DNA of 57,979 bases. It comes from a virus (taxonomy: Duplodnaviria > Caudoviricetes). The notes beneath the pieces are model-generated. The model was not told the DNA's origin, did no database searches, and saw only the letters and a program-made list of their open reading frames with translations. Of this stretch, positions 17,219 through 28,300 are shown piece after piece. The DNA is taken from the IMG/VR virus record IMGVR_UViG_3300037316_000015, positions 1 through 57,979 of that record; one strand, given 5' to 3'. Numbering within the stretch: the first letter of the stretch is position 1; every line of letters begins with the position of its first letter. The translations under genes and the position numbers were made by a program.

Positions 17219-18217
17219 ATGCCAAATCCCACTCAGGCGGATATGCATGTCAACGTGCCGCTCACCAACGTGAGTATCGCGTACATGCAGTCAGCCGATT
17301 CCTACATCGCGGACAAGGTCTTCCCGAAGGTCAAGGTCACCAAGCAGTCCGACCTGTTCTGGAAGTACTCCAAGAGCGACTGGCGTCGTACCGATGTCCA
17401 GCGGCGAGCGCCTTCCACCGAGACCCCTGGTGTCGGCTGGACGCAGACCACGGACCAGTACTTCTGCCACGTCTACGGCGTCCACAAGGACATCGACGAC
17501 CAGATCAGGGCCAACGCGGACTCCAACTTCAACCTGGACCGTGACGCCACCGAGTTCGTGACCAACCAGCACCTGCTCAAGCGGGACCTGGACTGGACCG
17601 GCGCATACTTCCACTCCGGGATCTGGGCAACAGACCTCGAGGGTGTGGCGGCCGCACCGACCGGCACCGAGTTCCTGCAGTGGGACCAGGCGTCATCGGA
17701 CCCGATCGGTGACGTGGCCCAGTGGCAGATCGACTTCCGCCAGCTCACTGGCTTCGCCCCGAACATCTGTGTGATGGGTGCCTACGTGATGAAGGCGCTC
17801 AAGCAGCACCCGGACCTGATCGACCGGATCAAGTACACCCAGAAGGGCATCGTGACCGAAGACCTGATCGCGACTCTCTTCGACGTGGACGAGCTGTTCG
17901 TCACCTACGCCACGCAGGCAATTGGCCCGCAGATCCCAGACATGAAGGCCCAGGATGCGATAGCTCAGTTCGAGTTCATCGGTGACCCCAAGGCGGTCCT
18001 GTTCGCCTACGCCCCGAGCTCCCCGTCGTTGCTCACCCCGTCGGCCGGGTACACGTTCACCTGGACCGGCTATCTCGGTGGCAACTCCGAGGGCGTGAAG
18101 GTCAAGAAGTTCCGGATGGAGCACATCGTTTCCGACCGGATCGAGGCCGAGCAGACCTACGACATGCACGTCGTGGCAAAGGACATGGGGCTGTTCGCCA
18201 CTGCGGCGGTGGCCTGA
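17219..18217 (+). CDS. Major capsid protein
   Basis: 332 aa; HVNVPLTNVSIAY..IADKVFPKV, WD..SDPIGD and PSAGYTF; strong codon bias; GAAAGGA SD. Confidence 0.9.
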   Translation: MPNPTQADMHVNVPLTNVSIAYMQSADSYIADKVFPKVKVTKQSDLFWKYSKSDWRRTDVQRRAPSTETPGVGWTQTTDQYFCHVYGVHKDIDDQIRANADSNFNLDRDATEFVTNQHLLKRDLDWTGAYFHSGIWATDLEGVAAAPTGTEFLQWDQASSDPIGDVAQWQIDFRQLTGFAPNICVMGAYVMKALKQHPDLIDRIKYTQKGIVTEDLIATLFDVDELFVTYATQAIGPQIPDMKAQDAIAQFEFIGDPKAVLFAYAPSSPSLLTPSAGYTFTWTGYLGGNSEGVKVKKFRMEHIVSDRIEAEQTYDMHVVAKDMGLFATAAVA

Positions 18218-18804
18218 TGCCTAAGCTCCGGATCCCGACTTCGTTCACAGCGGGACGGCGCATCACCTTCGGCGAAGCACTTGCCGTGGTTGCTACGCCG
18301 GTGCTGACCAAGGGCGCCACTGTTGGTGCTGGTGGTGCCTTCGGAGCCGGGTCTGTGTTCTGGGTGCTGACGGCAGTTGATGCCGATGGCGGGGAGTCGG
18401 TGGCCAGTAACGAGGTCACCGCGGTGCTGGTAGCAGACGGCAGCCAGGTCCTGGACTGGGTTGCCGTGCCGGGTGCCAGCTACAAGCTCTACCGGGGCAC
18501 CGTTGAGGGCTCATGGACCAAGCGTGTTGCTGTCATCGCCGAAGGGGTGACGACCTACACCGACCTTGGCAACCCTGGTACCTCTGCCAACCCGCCGACT
18601 GTGGCCACCACCTCTGGTGAGTCGATCTGGTACAACCTGGGGGATGTCATCCCCAACGCCACGGTCAAGGCCATCAAGCATGTGTCGGCACTGCTGTCCA
18701 GGCGGTGGATCATCCCGAACTGGGACTTCCACTACCGCAAGACACTGTCGACCACGCCGACCCCGACCGACGTGTCGCCGCCTTCTGTGCGTAAGGCCAT
18801 CTGA
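18217..18804 (+). CDS. Fn3/Ig-like virion accessory protein
   Basis: VLTAVDADGGES.ASNEV, W.AVPGASYKLYRGT and TTYTDLG pattern. Confidence 0.6.
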   Translation: MPKLRIPTSFTAGRRITFGEALAVVATPVLTKGATVGAGGAFGAGSVFWVLTAVDADGGESVASNEVTAVLVADGSQVLDWVAVPGASYKLYRGTVEGSWTKRVAVIAEGVTTYTDLGNPGTSANPPTVATTSGESIWYNLGDVIPNATVKAIKHVSALLSRRWIIPNWDFHYRKTLSTTPTPTDVSPPSVRKAI

Positions 18805-19178
18805 TGCCACGGGGTGTCTACGACCGTCCTGTTACCAAGCCCAGGGGACCTGCTCGTCGAGGCAAGAGAGTGGCCATGCCGCCAAGCCAGCCGCCGCCGG
18901 AACCGGTGACCAATGTCTACGTCTGCGGGCCCAAGCCACTGCGCTTCGGTGAGCTCACACTGACCCAGGGTGTCGAGGTCCCTGAGGCTGCGAACTGGCC
19001 CCGGGTCGAGTCATGGGTGAGCAACCACCGGATCAAGGCCCTGGCTGCTGGTGAGAAGTGCGTCTCCTTCTTGGAGTTCACCGGCTCCAGCTACGCTGAG
19101 TGGAAGCAGTCTCAGCAAGATGATCGTGAGCGCGAACGCCAACGTCTGCAGGATGAAGCACAGCCAGCAGAGGAGTGA
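18804..19178 (+). CDS. Hypothetical protein
   Basis: 124 aa, TGATG-coupled. Confidence 0.65.
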   Translation: MPRGVYDRPVTKPRGPARRGKRVAMPPSQPPPEPVTNVYVCGPKPLRFGELTLTQGVEVPEAANWPRVESWVSNHRIKALAAGEKCVSFLEFTGSSYAEWKQSQQDDRERERQRLQDEAQPAEE

Positions 19179-19678
19179 GTCCCATGAGTACACCGACGTG
19201 GACCTACTCTGGTGACCCGACCACTACCCCTCTTGACGAGCTGCGCTTCATCCTGCAGGACACCGACCCGAGCTTCCAGCTGCTGCAGGACGCCGAGCTG
19301 AACTACCTGACTACTGTGTGGATGGAGCGTTACGACTCGCTGACCTTCGTGGCCGCGGTCGGAGCCGAGATCATCTCCAGGAAGTTCGCCGGCATCGTCA
19401 ATGTCTCTGCTGATGGCATCGAGGTCGACACCTCACAGCTGGCCGAGCGTTACCACACGGCCGCCATCCAGCTGCGGGACGAGTACAAGATGGCTCAGGA
19501 CAGCGGCGAGATCGACATCTCCAACCAGATGGTCGGATACCTGCCTGACCCCTCGCTTCGTCCTCTGCGTTTCGGCATCGGCCTAGATGACAACCCAGAG
19601 GCTGGTAACCAGGACTTCGGTGGCTGGTCGTACAACCCGTTCACCATGGCTGACGTGCTGGCCGGGCTGTGGGGCTGA
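19175..19678 (+). CDS. Head-to-tail adaptor
   Basis: WTYSGDP..LDELRFILQDTD..LLQDAEL motif and synteny. Confidence 0.75.
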   Translation: MSPMSTPTWTYSGDPTTTPLDELRFILQDTDPSFQLLQDAELNYLTTVWMERYDSLTFVAAVGAEIISRKFAGIVNVSADGIEVDTSQLAERYHTAAIQLRDEYKMAQDSGEIDISNQMVGYLPDPSLRPLRFGIGLDDNPEAGNQDFGGWSYNPFTMADVLAGLWG

Positions 19679-19679
19679 C

Positions 19680-20141
19680 ATGACCATCGCTTCTCTTAGT
19701 GGCCAGGTAGCGGCCCGTTCTATAGCACTGGCTCAGATGTATGCCCAGGCCATCACCACCGGGACGATGAACTCCACCGTCGAGATACGTCGCCCGGCTG
19801 CTGGTGGGTTCGACGACACCACCAGGGAGTACCAACCGCCCGTTGCCCCACTGATCTACCCAGAAGGGGACGCTATTGGTATTGCCGGGATCACCCCGGC
19901 TGAGGGGTCCACCGAGGTTGACCTGGGTGGCGAGCCGACGTACTACAGCTCGGTGATGATCAAGCTCCCGATGGAGACACCACGTATCCGCATTGATGAC
20001 GTGGTGAAGGTCATCACCAGTCCTGACTCTGGCATCATGAGCAGGTTCTTCCGGGTCGTCGATGTCCCTGCTGGCGGCCGGATCGTCACTGGTGTCAACC
20101 TGCGTGCCGTTGGCATCTCTCCTAGCAAGCAGTGGTCGTAA
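19680..20141 (+). CDS. Head-to-tail stopper (DUF6093-like)
   Basis: MNSTVEIRRP..FDDTT..IY and RIDDVVKVITSPD...RFFRV; synteny. Confidence 0.7.
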   Translation: MTIASLSGQVAARSIALAQMYAQAITTGTMNSTVEIRRPAAGGFDDTTREYQPPVAPLIYPEGDAIGIAGITPAEGSTEVDLGGEPTYYSSVMIKLPMETPRIRIDDVVKVITSPDSGIMSRFFRVVDVPAGGRIVTGVNLRAVGISPSKQWS

Positions 20142-20452
20142 TGGATGTGACTGCAGCAGTCACAGCGCTGACGGCCAGGGCCATATCCATCCGGCTGGCT
20201 GGTGAGTCAATAGACAGCACCCCGCTGATGGCCCTGGCTTCCAGTGCAGTCAGTGCTCTTGGTCACGTCGACATGATGCGACCGGGAGCCACCAGGATGA
20301 AGGCTGTCAAGACGGCCACAGGTGCTCGTATCACCGTGCACAGCAGATATGCTGCCTCCTACTCTCAGGCTCTGTCCCAGAACATGGAGCAGGGTCTGGG
20401 AACCACTCTTGAGCAGGTCCAGCAGTCGATCGTTACGGCGGTGAAGTCATGA
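20141..20452 (+). CDS. Putative neck protein
   Basis: TAATG coupling; synteny between stopper and terminator. Confidence 0.55.
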   Translation: MDVTAAVTALTARAISIRLAGESIDSTPLMALASSAVSALGHVDMMRPGATRMKAVKTATGARITVHSRYAASYSQALSQNMEQGLGTTLEQVQQSIVTAVKS

Positions 20453-20934
20453 GCGACCTGGCGTCCTACCCGCTTGCCAGGGGCCAGCTCACGTCTGCCC
20501 TGGTGGCATACCTGGTCCCGGCGCTTGCCGCCAACACCATCTCTGTGGGACGCGGCATGGCCCCGCCTGATGTTGGCTGGGCAGGCGGTCAGCCTGGGGT
20601 GTCAACCTTCATCGGGTACACCGTGGTCATGACCGGCAAGGCTGTGCTGCTGGAGAAGGAGTCTCTGGGGCGTCCCAGAATGAGCTGGCGTTGCGACTAC
20701 AAGCTGAACAGCTGCGGTGGTAACGAGAGCCATGCAGATGACGTTGCCGACTTCGTACGTACAGCCATGACAGGGCTGCCGGAGTCGTTCACCTTGCGTG
20801 ATGTCCTGTGGAGCAGGCAGAAGACTGACTTCGTCGAACTCGGTGCCACCGCGTACTCCACCGCCGTCGACCCGCCATTTTGGAATGTCATCGACGCCGT
20901 GTCGGTGTGGTTGTCCCGCAGCAGAGAGTCATGA
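20449..20934 (+). CDS. Tail terminator
   Basis: VGRGMAPP..GW..G, YTVV and D..VDPPFW; precedes the major tail gene. Confidence 0.7.
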   Translation: MSDLASYPLARGQLTSALVAYLVPALAANTISVGRGMAPPDVGWAGGQPGVSTFIGYTVVMTGKAVLLEKESLGRPRMSWRCDYKLNSCGGNESHADDVADFVRTAMTGLPESFTLRDVLWSRQKTDFVELGATAYSTAVDPPFWNVIDAVSVWLSRSRES

Positions 20935-20979
20935 TCACCTACCATCATCACTAGCGGAGAGAACTAGGAAAGGCACACC

Positions 20980-21456
20980 ATGTCCACATTGATTCCTAAC
21001 GAGAACTGCTGGATCGGGTTCGCCACTGCCATGCCTGCGTCTGCTGAGCTGCTTCCCACCGAGGCTGAGGTCGCGGCAGCCACCGAGCTGACCGACTTCG
21101 TCATCAGCTTGAATGCCAGTGAGACCGGCAACGTGGTTCCGATTCCTTCGTTGAAGAGTCGCTTCGAGAAGTCCATCCCTGGCACGGTGACCGGTACGTT
21201 CACCGCATCGATGTACCGGGACTCTGTCTCTGCTGACGACACTGCCTGGACCAAGCTGCCGATGGACGCTACCGGCGTCTTCTACATCGCCAGGTTCAAG
21301 GCCGGTGTGCCGGCTGCCGCCGACATCATCGAGGTGTGGCCGATCCGAGTGTCGGCGCGTACCCCTGACCAGCTGACTTCCAACACGGCTCAGACGTTCG
21401 CTCTGACCTGCTCGCTGCCTGAGGTGCCCAACACGGCGGCCGCGGTCAGCGTCTGA
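20980..21456 (+). CDS. Major tail protein
   Basis: PTEAEVAAATELT, V.IPSL.SRFEKSIPG and EVWP motifs; AGGAAAGG SD. Confidence 0.85.
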   Translation: MSTLIPNENCWIGFATAMPASAELLPTEAEVAAATELTDFVISLNASETGNVVPIPSLKSRFEKSIPGTVTGTFTASMYRDSVSADDTAWTKLPMDATGVFYIARFKAGVPAAADIIEVWPIRVSARTPDQLTSNTAQTFALTCSLPEVPNTAAAVSV

Positions 21457-21499
21457 GGTAGTCTGCCCTGATTAGCCATAACCAGCGGAAGGCAATCAG

Positions 21500-21946
21500 A
21501 TGACGGCAGATCTCTCTACCCAGGACGACGTGGTGGCCCAAGTCGCGGCCAAAGGTGTCGAGGTGTCCGGGGAGGCAACGTTCTCCTCATTAGCCAAGAA
21601 GCCGAGACGGGTGCTGAACTTCACCGTGTTCACCTCCGACGATGCCGGCGAGCAGGTGGCCCAGTCGATGCGCTACAAGGCGCTGTCAGGGCGGGAGTAC
21701 GACGACCTGCAGGCTGCCCATCCACCTACCTCGAAGGGGAAGGCTCTGGGCCAGCAGTACAACCTGGACACATTCGCCCCGGCCTTGATCTCTGCGGTGT
21801 CGGTCATCCCGAAGCTGACCTACGACGAGGCCAAGACGATCTACACCTCTGACACCTGGGCCGGTGGTGAGATCACGGCACTGTTCATCAACGCACTGCG
21901 GGTGTGCAACGCCGGCCTGGATGTCCCTTTCAACGAACGAGACTGA
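21500..21946 (+). CDS. Tail assembly chaperone (G)
   Basis: YDDLQAAHPP and NLDTFAPALISA; between major tail and tape measure genes. Confidence 0.85.
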   Translation: MTADLSTQDDVVAQVAAKGVEVSGEATFSSLAKKPRRVLNFTVFTSDDAGEQVAQSMRYKALSGREYDDLQAAHPPTSKGKALGQQYNLDTFAPALISAVSVIPKLTYDEAKTIYTSDTWAGGEITALFINALRVCNAGLDVPFNERD

Positions 21947-22326
21947 GGTACGACCCGACCTTCAATCTCGAGGCCACGTACTGCTACGACCATGGCATCC
22001 CCTACCAGGAGTACCTGGATCGCTGGAGTCAGGTCGATCGGGCCGTGATCACAGCTGTTGCCCTGGAGAAGTCTGCTCGCTGTTCCATGTGCGGGTCGTC
22101 CCAGCAAGAGTGGGACGATGATCCTTACGCCTACGAGGCGGTGCGAGTTACCTGCCCGGGGTGCATGCGTCGTGAGACGATGAACGACGACAGCACAGAG
22201 AATGTGGCAAAGGGTTCGTCGGTCAGGTTGCTACCCAAGGCAGCAGCAGAGCGGATGCGTGCTGAGACAGCACGTAAGGCGGCCGAGGGTACCTTGCGTC
22301 CTAGGCGCCGAAGGAGCAGCTCGTGA
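21925..22326 (+). CDS. Tail assembly chaperone -1 frameshift extension (GT)
   Basis: Slippery C_CCT_TTC at 21925-21931; -1 frame with WSQVDRA and CxxC..CPGC. Confidence 0.8.
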   Translation, partial: PFQRTRLRYDPTFNLEATYCYDHGIPYQEYLDRWSQVDRAVITAVALEKSARCSMCGSSQQEWDDDPYAYEAVRVTCPGCMRRETMNDDSTENVAKGSSVRLLPKAAAERMRAETARKAAEGTLRPRRRRSSS

Positions 22327-25300
22327 GCGCTGACGACATCGTCATCGATGTAGGGATGGACCCTTCGGGGTACCTCTCTGGCGCTCAGCAGATCCAGGCC
22401 GCCAGTGCGGCGATGAGTCAGTCCTTCGGTCAGGTCACCGGCACCTCAGGCACGGTGCGTCGTGCCCTGGACCTGGTGACACCTGGCCGAGTAGGCATCG
22501 CTGCCTGGGGTGCCATGGCAGCCGGCGCAGCCGGTGTGCAGCAGTCACTCGGCGGCCTGCGGGCTACCTCTGTGGTCACCGGTGTCGACCTTGGCAAGCT
22601 CACCGGCACGATGCACGACCTGTCCCAGAACTTCCCTGTTGGCACAGCCGGCGCCCAGGCGCTGGTCACCCAGTTCACCCAGCTTGGGGTGGCTGGCAAG
22701 GGCACCGAGTCTCAGATCGCGGCCCTGTCCAACACGATGATCAACCTTGGTGCTGCCACCACTACTGCTGTGCCAGACATCACCCAGGGGATGGCTGACA
22801 TCTCCCGGGCCACCGGTAACAACTCCCTGGACAACACCAAGATCAGCGCCCTGGGTGACTCCCTGACCAAGGTGGCTGCCACCTCAGGGGCCAGTGCGGA
22901 CTCGATCCTGGCCTTCGGCAAGAACATCGCCCCCATGGCCAACGTCGCCGGCATCGGCGGCGCTGCGGTGCTCGGCATCTCTGGTGCCTTCGCCAGGCTG
23001 GGTGATGACGGTATCGGTGCCAGCACCGCGGTCAACACGATGCTCAACGGGATGAACAAGTCGATCAGGGACGGCACCCCTGACATCGCGGTCTATGCAT
23101 CGGCCATCGGTGACACCACCAAGCAGTTCACCGAGCTCTACAAGACCAACCCGGCCGAGGCTCTCACCCAGGTCACCGAGGCCATTGCCAAGAGTGCCTC
23201 AGGCCCGCGGTTGCTTGAGCAGCTGGGACTGGACAGCACCAGGACGATGAAGTCTCTGACGGCTCTGTCGGCTTCTGGTGGCCTGCGTCCTGCTATTGCT
23301 GCCAGCCTTGGTGCCTACGGGTCAGGGTTGTCTGCTCAGGCCGGTGCCAGTGCCATGGACGGACTGAACAGCTCGGCCTCTGAGCTGTCCTCGACCATGC
23401 AGAACCTTGGGGACGCTCTTGGTACCCCGTTGCTTGGCCCGCTGACTCTGTTCACCAAGGCTCTGACTGTGCCGGCCAAGGCCCTGGAGGGCTTCGCCAG
23501 CAACGCTGTTGTCCAGAAGGCAGCCACGGTGGCCCTGGACGTAGCTGGGATCGGTGCCATTGCTGTTGCCGGTGGGGCCCTGATGAAGGGTGTCCCCTCG
23601 CTGCTGAGCTACTACGGGCTCGGCCGGCAGGCTGTCACGTCCATGCCGGTGTCCGGCTACTCAGCCGGGTTGGCCCAGGGGCGCCAGGACCTGCCAGGGA
23701 GTCGTACCTCGATCAGGGGTGCGGCCGCGCTTCGAGCGATGGGGCCTGAGTATGTCACCGACGAGATGCCGTACGGCAACCTTGGTCTTGGCCCAACTGG
23801 AACGGTAGCCAAGCGTGCTGTCAACCTTGGCCGGATGCGTGGTGCTGCCCAGCTGGCCAGTCAGTCCAAGGCATGGGGTGCTTCCAGTGAGGGTCGGGCC
23901 TTTGCAGCCAGCCCGGAGGGCCAGGTCATCGCCGTCCAGGCCACCCCGGACATCTGGTCCAAGGGAACCAAGGCAACAGCAGCAGAGATCGACGAAGAGA
24001 CTGGTCATACCCTCAAGGCTGCCCAGCCGGCAGTAGCACCAGTGATCACCACCCCTGCTCGAGCGGCTGTCACAGCTGGTGACTACCTGCCGACCCAACA
24101 GGAGCAGTACCTGCTCGCTCGCAATGCCCCAGTGGCGGCACCCATTGAGGCTGACACGCAAGCTGGTATGTCGGGGCTGCGTCGTGGCGGCCTGGCTATC
24201 AAGGGCGCAGCCTTCAACCTGCTCCAGTCCAGCTCGCTGACCACTGCGGCCCAGCTGGACAACGGGCGGCTTCCAGCAGACCAGCGGTCAACTCTGTGGG
24301 GTAACAGGCTGTCCACCGAGGCTCACAATGTGCCAAAGGGCGCACTTGGCCCTGAGATGGCATCGGATCGGGTAGGCCTGTCAGCTGGTACATCTAAGGC
24401 GGTCGACGCCTACCATCTTGCCTCTACAGAGCAGGGCGGCGGGGCTATAGCCGGCTTCCTGCCTGGTCTGAAGGCAATGGGTAACTCGTTTGCCAACGAC
24501 CAGGTGGCTCTGAAGAACCACAGCTCGGAGCTGGACAACGGGACCAAGGCGGTCGGCAACTTCCGTGGCTCTCTGAGTGCCATCGGTACCCAGATCAGGG
24601 CTTCTGGGTCCATGATCAGCCAGATCGGCCAGGATGCCAAGGCTGGGGTTGGTACGGCAGGCAAGCTCGCCGGCTTCGGTGGTTCGATGCTCTCCAGCAT
24701 GGGTCCGATGCTGGCCATTGCCGGGGTTGCCGCAGTCGGTAGCAAGTTGTGGAGTGACCACCAGGACTCTCTTGCTGCTACGGCGGCTACTCAGAACGCT
24801 TTCGGTGCCTCAGATGTCAACGCGACGATCAATGCCTACCGTGAGTCGATTGGCCAGGCACCGCAGAATGTGACAGCTGTGAACTCGGTAGCCGGGGCTG
24901 CACCAATGGTTGCCCAGCCAACAATTGCTTCGGTAACAGGTGCGGTAACGCCAACTGAGCTGGTCTCTGCCAAGACTGGTCACATCCAGACGCACTACTC
25001 AGGCAGCGATCAGTCAATCGTCCACCAGATCGTGCATACCACCCCTGGTGGTTACAACCCGGACACAGCAGAAGCGCTACGGATGGACCTGCTGCGCAAT
25101 GGTGTCAAGCCTGCCGACGTGTCGATGATCATGGGCACAGTAAAAAACCAGGGCAAGATCACCATGCCACCGACAGAAGGACCGACACCGTGGTCGACCT
25201 CAAAAGGAAGTGCACTGCTACCGAGTTCTGCTGGTGCTGACCTGGTTGGTGAGGTCGGGTCAACCACTTCTCTGGTCACTGTCAAAGGTGGTGTCAAAGC

Positions 25301-28300
25301 ACCACAGACTCAACCACTAACGGCTGCTCAACAGGCGACGATTGCCGGTACTGTGCATGGGCTTGGATCCCAGACTGGGGTAGAGACGCAACGCGCTGGG
25401 TCTGTGGCTGCTGCGCAGGGTGAGTACCGCAGTGCCACCCAGATGTACACGAGTGCCAAGGCTGCTGGTGCCAGCCCAGAGGTGCTGGCTGATTTGTCCC
25501 AGAAGCTGTTCTCAACGCTCAACCCATCAGATAAGAATGCCAACGACCAGACACCGATAACTGCAGACGAGGCCACGAAGTTCCTTGGCAAGGGTGGCTC
25601 CGGGATCGCTGGTCTGATCGAGGCCAGGACACCCCAGGGTGCCTTCTCTGCGGCGTTGCGTGGTCAGCAGGCTGCCGGGCTGTCTACTGCTGCTACTGGT
25701 GGTGTCAGTGGTGCCACGCTGCCTGGCAACACGGCCCTGATGCTCACCTCTGCCGGTGACAAGTTCGGGGCTGGTCTGTTCAACCAGAACAACACCACCA
25801 AGTTCGCTGAAGCACTGGCTGCCTCAGTGGTCACCCCAGGCAGTGGTCAGGACACCCAGTCTGTGGTCAACATGGCCATCGCCCAGTACGGCGGTACGCC
25901 GACAGTCAAGGGCGCTACGCCAGCGGCCAGCAACACCGCCAGCGTGGACTCGATGAACAAAACCATCCAGGCCATGAACGTCACTCTTGGCACACTCCCA
26001 GTCGGCAGCCCTGAGGCGGCCGCTCTGACCACAGCCCAGGGCGCACTGCAGGCTCAGGTGGCAGTCAAGACCCAGGACCAGACCCCAGCAGCTGCGTCTC
26101 AGTCGTCACTGCAGGCTTCGCTGGCTGCTGCTCAGACACCGATCGGGCCGACCACCAGCGCCCAGACTGTTGCTGCCCAGAAACAGGGGGTGACCGACAC
26201 CGCAGCTACTGTTGCCGCGGACAAGCAGCGGATGGAAGCCAGGCTCGAGGTCCAGTACCAGTACGACACCCAGGTGGACCGGACCAATGCTGCCTTCCAG
26301 GTCTCCCAGAACATCCAGGAGGCGTCCTACCAGCGTCAGGTCGTCAACACCACGTACTCCTACAACCTGAGTGCGGCCCGGGCCCAGCAAGACTTCAACA
26401 CCCAGCAGACCAACGCCCAGGCTGACTACGACCTGTCCCGGCACAACGAGGTCCGTGACTTCAACATCTCCATGGCCCGCAACGAGGCCGACTACCTGTT
26501 GACGCGCACCAACGCCATCCGTGACTTCAACATCAACGTGGCCAGGATGGTGCAGCAGAGTGCGGCCAACCTGTATGACCCGTACACCAGGATCCAGACC
26601 AAGGCCACCTGGGACATCCAGAACCTGATGTCCAACATGGCCCAGCAGTCACAGGCCCTGGTCAAGCAGAAGGCTCAGCTGGACGCTCTGCGCAAGGAAG
26701 GTGTCACCCAGCAGGTCATCGACGAGCTGAAGCTGGGGGATGTCTCCAACGCCCAGCAGGTCAACCAGATGGTCAGCGACCTGGCCGGCAGCCCATCGGC
26801 TGTCAAGGCACTGAATGCTCAGGGTGCGACCACCTATGCAGCTGCTGGTGCAATGACCACCGATGCCTCAAACGTGGCCTATGTGCAGTCGACCCAGGAC
26901 TTCAACAAGCAGATGAAGGATGCTGCCATTGCCCAGGCCACTGCTACCAAGCGGGCTCAGCAGGACCTGGCCAAGGGTCTGAGTGACCAGCTGGTGGCGT
27001 TCAACATCTCGATCAGCCGTTCGACGGTGGCCTACGACCTGTCTGTCACCCGTGGGCAGGCTGACTTCTCCCACTCACTGTTCCTGATGGCCCAGGAGCA
27101 GGGCATTGCCCAGCAGAATGCTCGAGACGCTCTCGGTGTCTCTCTGGCCAACATGCACACGGACCTGGTGCATGGCGACACCGTCATCAACGGTGACCTG
27201 GCCGACGTGTCAAAGGCTTTCCAGGCCACCATGGCCGGCAAGTCCAAGGCCTACACGAGTCTGCTGGTAAATGACTCAACGGCCTTCTCCAAGAACCTGA
27301 CCACGGTTGCCCTGGCTGCCCAGGCACTCCTGGGGCCACTGGGTATCGCTATCCCCGGGGTCAAGGTCGCTCCAGCATCTCTGGCTACTGGTTCCATGGC
27401 CAACAAGGTGAATGCCCAGAACGGCAGGGCTGAGGGTGGCACCATCGGCGGGTACTCGCCAACCCCCAAGGCCGACAACATCCCGATCTGGGCCACTGCT
27501 GGTGAGTACATGCACCCGGTGGACGCGGTGAACTACTACGGGGTCGACACCATGGAAGCGCTGCGGACCAAGAAGATCCCCAAGGAGGCACTGGCTGGTT
27601 ACTTCGACGGTGGCTGGGTCGGCATGTGGGACTGGGCTCACCCGAGATTGCCTGGTGTCGAGATGACCAGCAACTACCGTCCCGGTGGTACCTCTTACCA
27701 CGCTCAGGGATCGGCCATCGACCTGGCACCGCCGAGCATGCACGTCTTCGACACCATCCTGAACGCATTCGGCAACAGGATCGCCGAGCTTATCTACACA
27801 CCGGCCGGGGACCTGGCAGTCAAGAACGGCAAGGAAGTCGGGATGGGCTTCTACGGTGCAGCCACTGCTGCACAGCACTACAACCACGTCCACTGGGCCA
27901 TGTACCCAGAGCCTGCCGGCACGATGATCGAAGCCAACCCTGCCGGCACCAACCCGATCTCAGGCAGCACGTCTTCAGGTGGCACTGGACTAACTGTCCC
28001 ATCTGGCGGGGTGCTCACTAAGGCCATGCTCTGGGACAAGATGGACCACAAGCGCAAGGGGCTCTACAAGATCCTGCTGGACACCGAGGAGAAGGCCTGG
28101 AACAAGGAGTGGCCTACTGGGATGCCGGTTGGTACCGGTACTGCCAACGCGTCCTTCTCCACCAATGTGACCGGAGCAACCAGTCACAACGCCGACGTGG
28201 CACTGGGCCAGAAGATGGCAGCCGCTCGAGGGTGGGTAGGCCCGCAGTTCAATGCCTTGAACGAGCTGTGGACCAAGGAGAGCGGCTGGCGCTGGAATGC

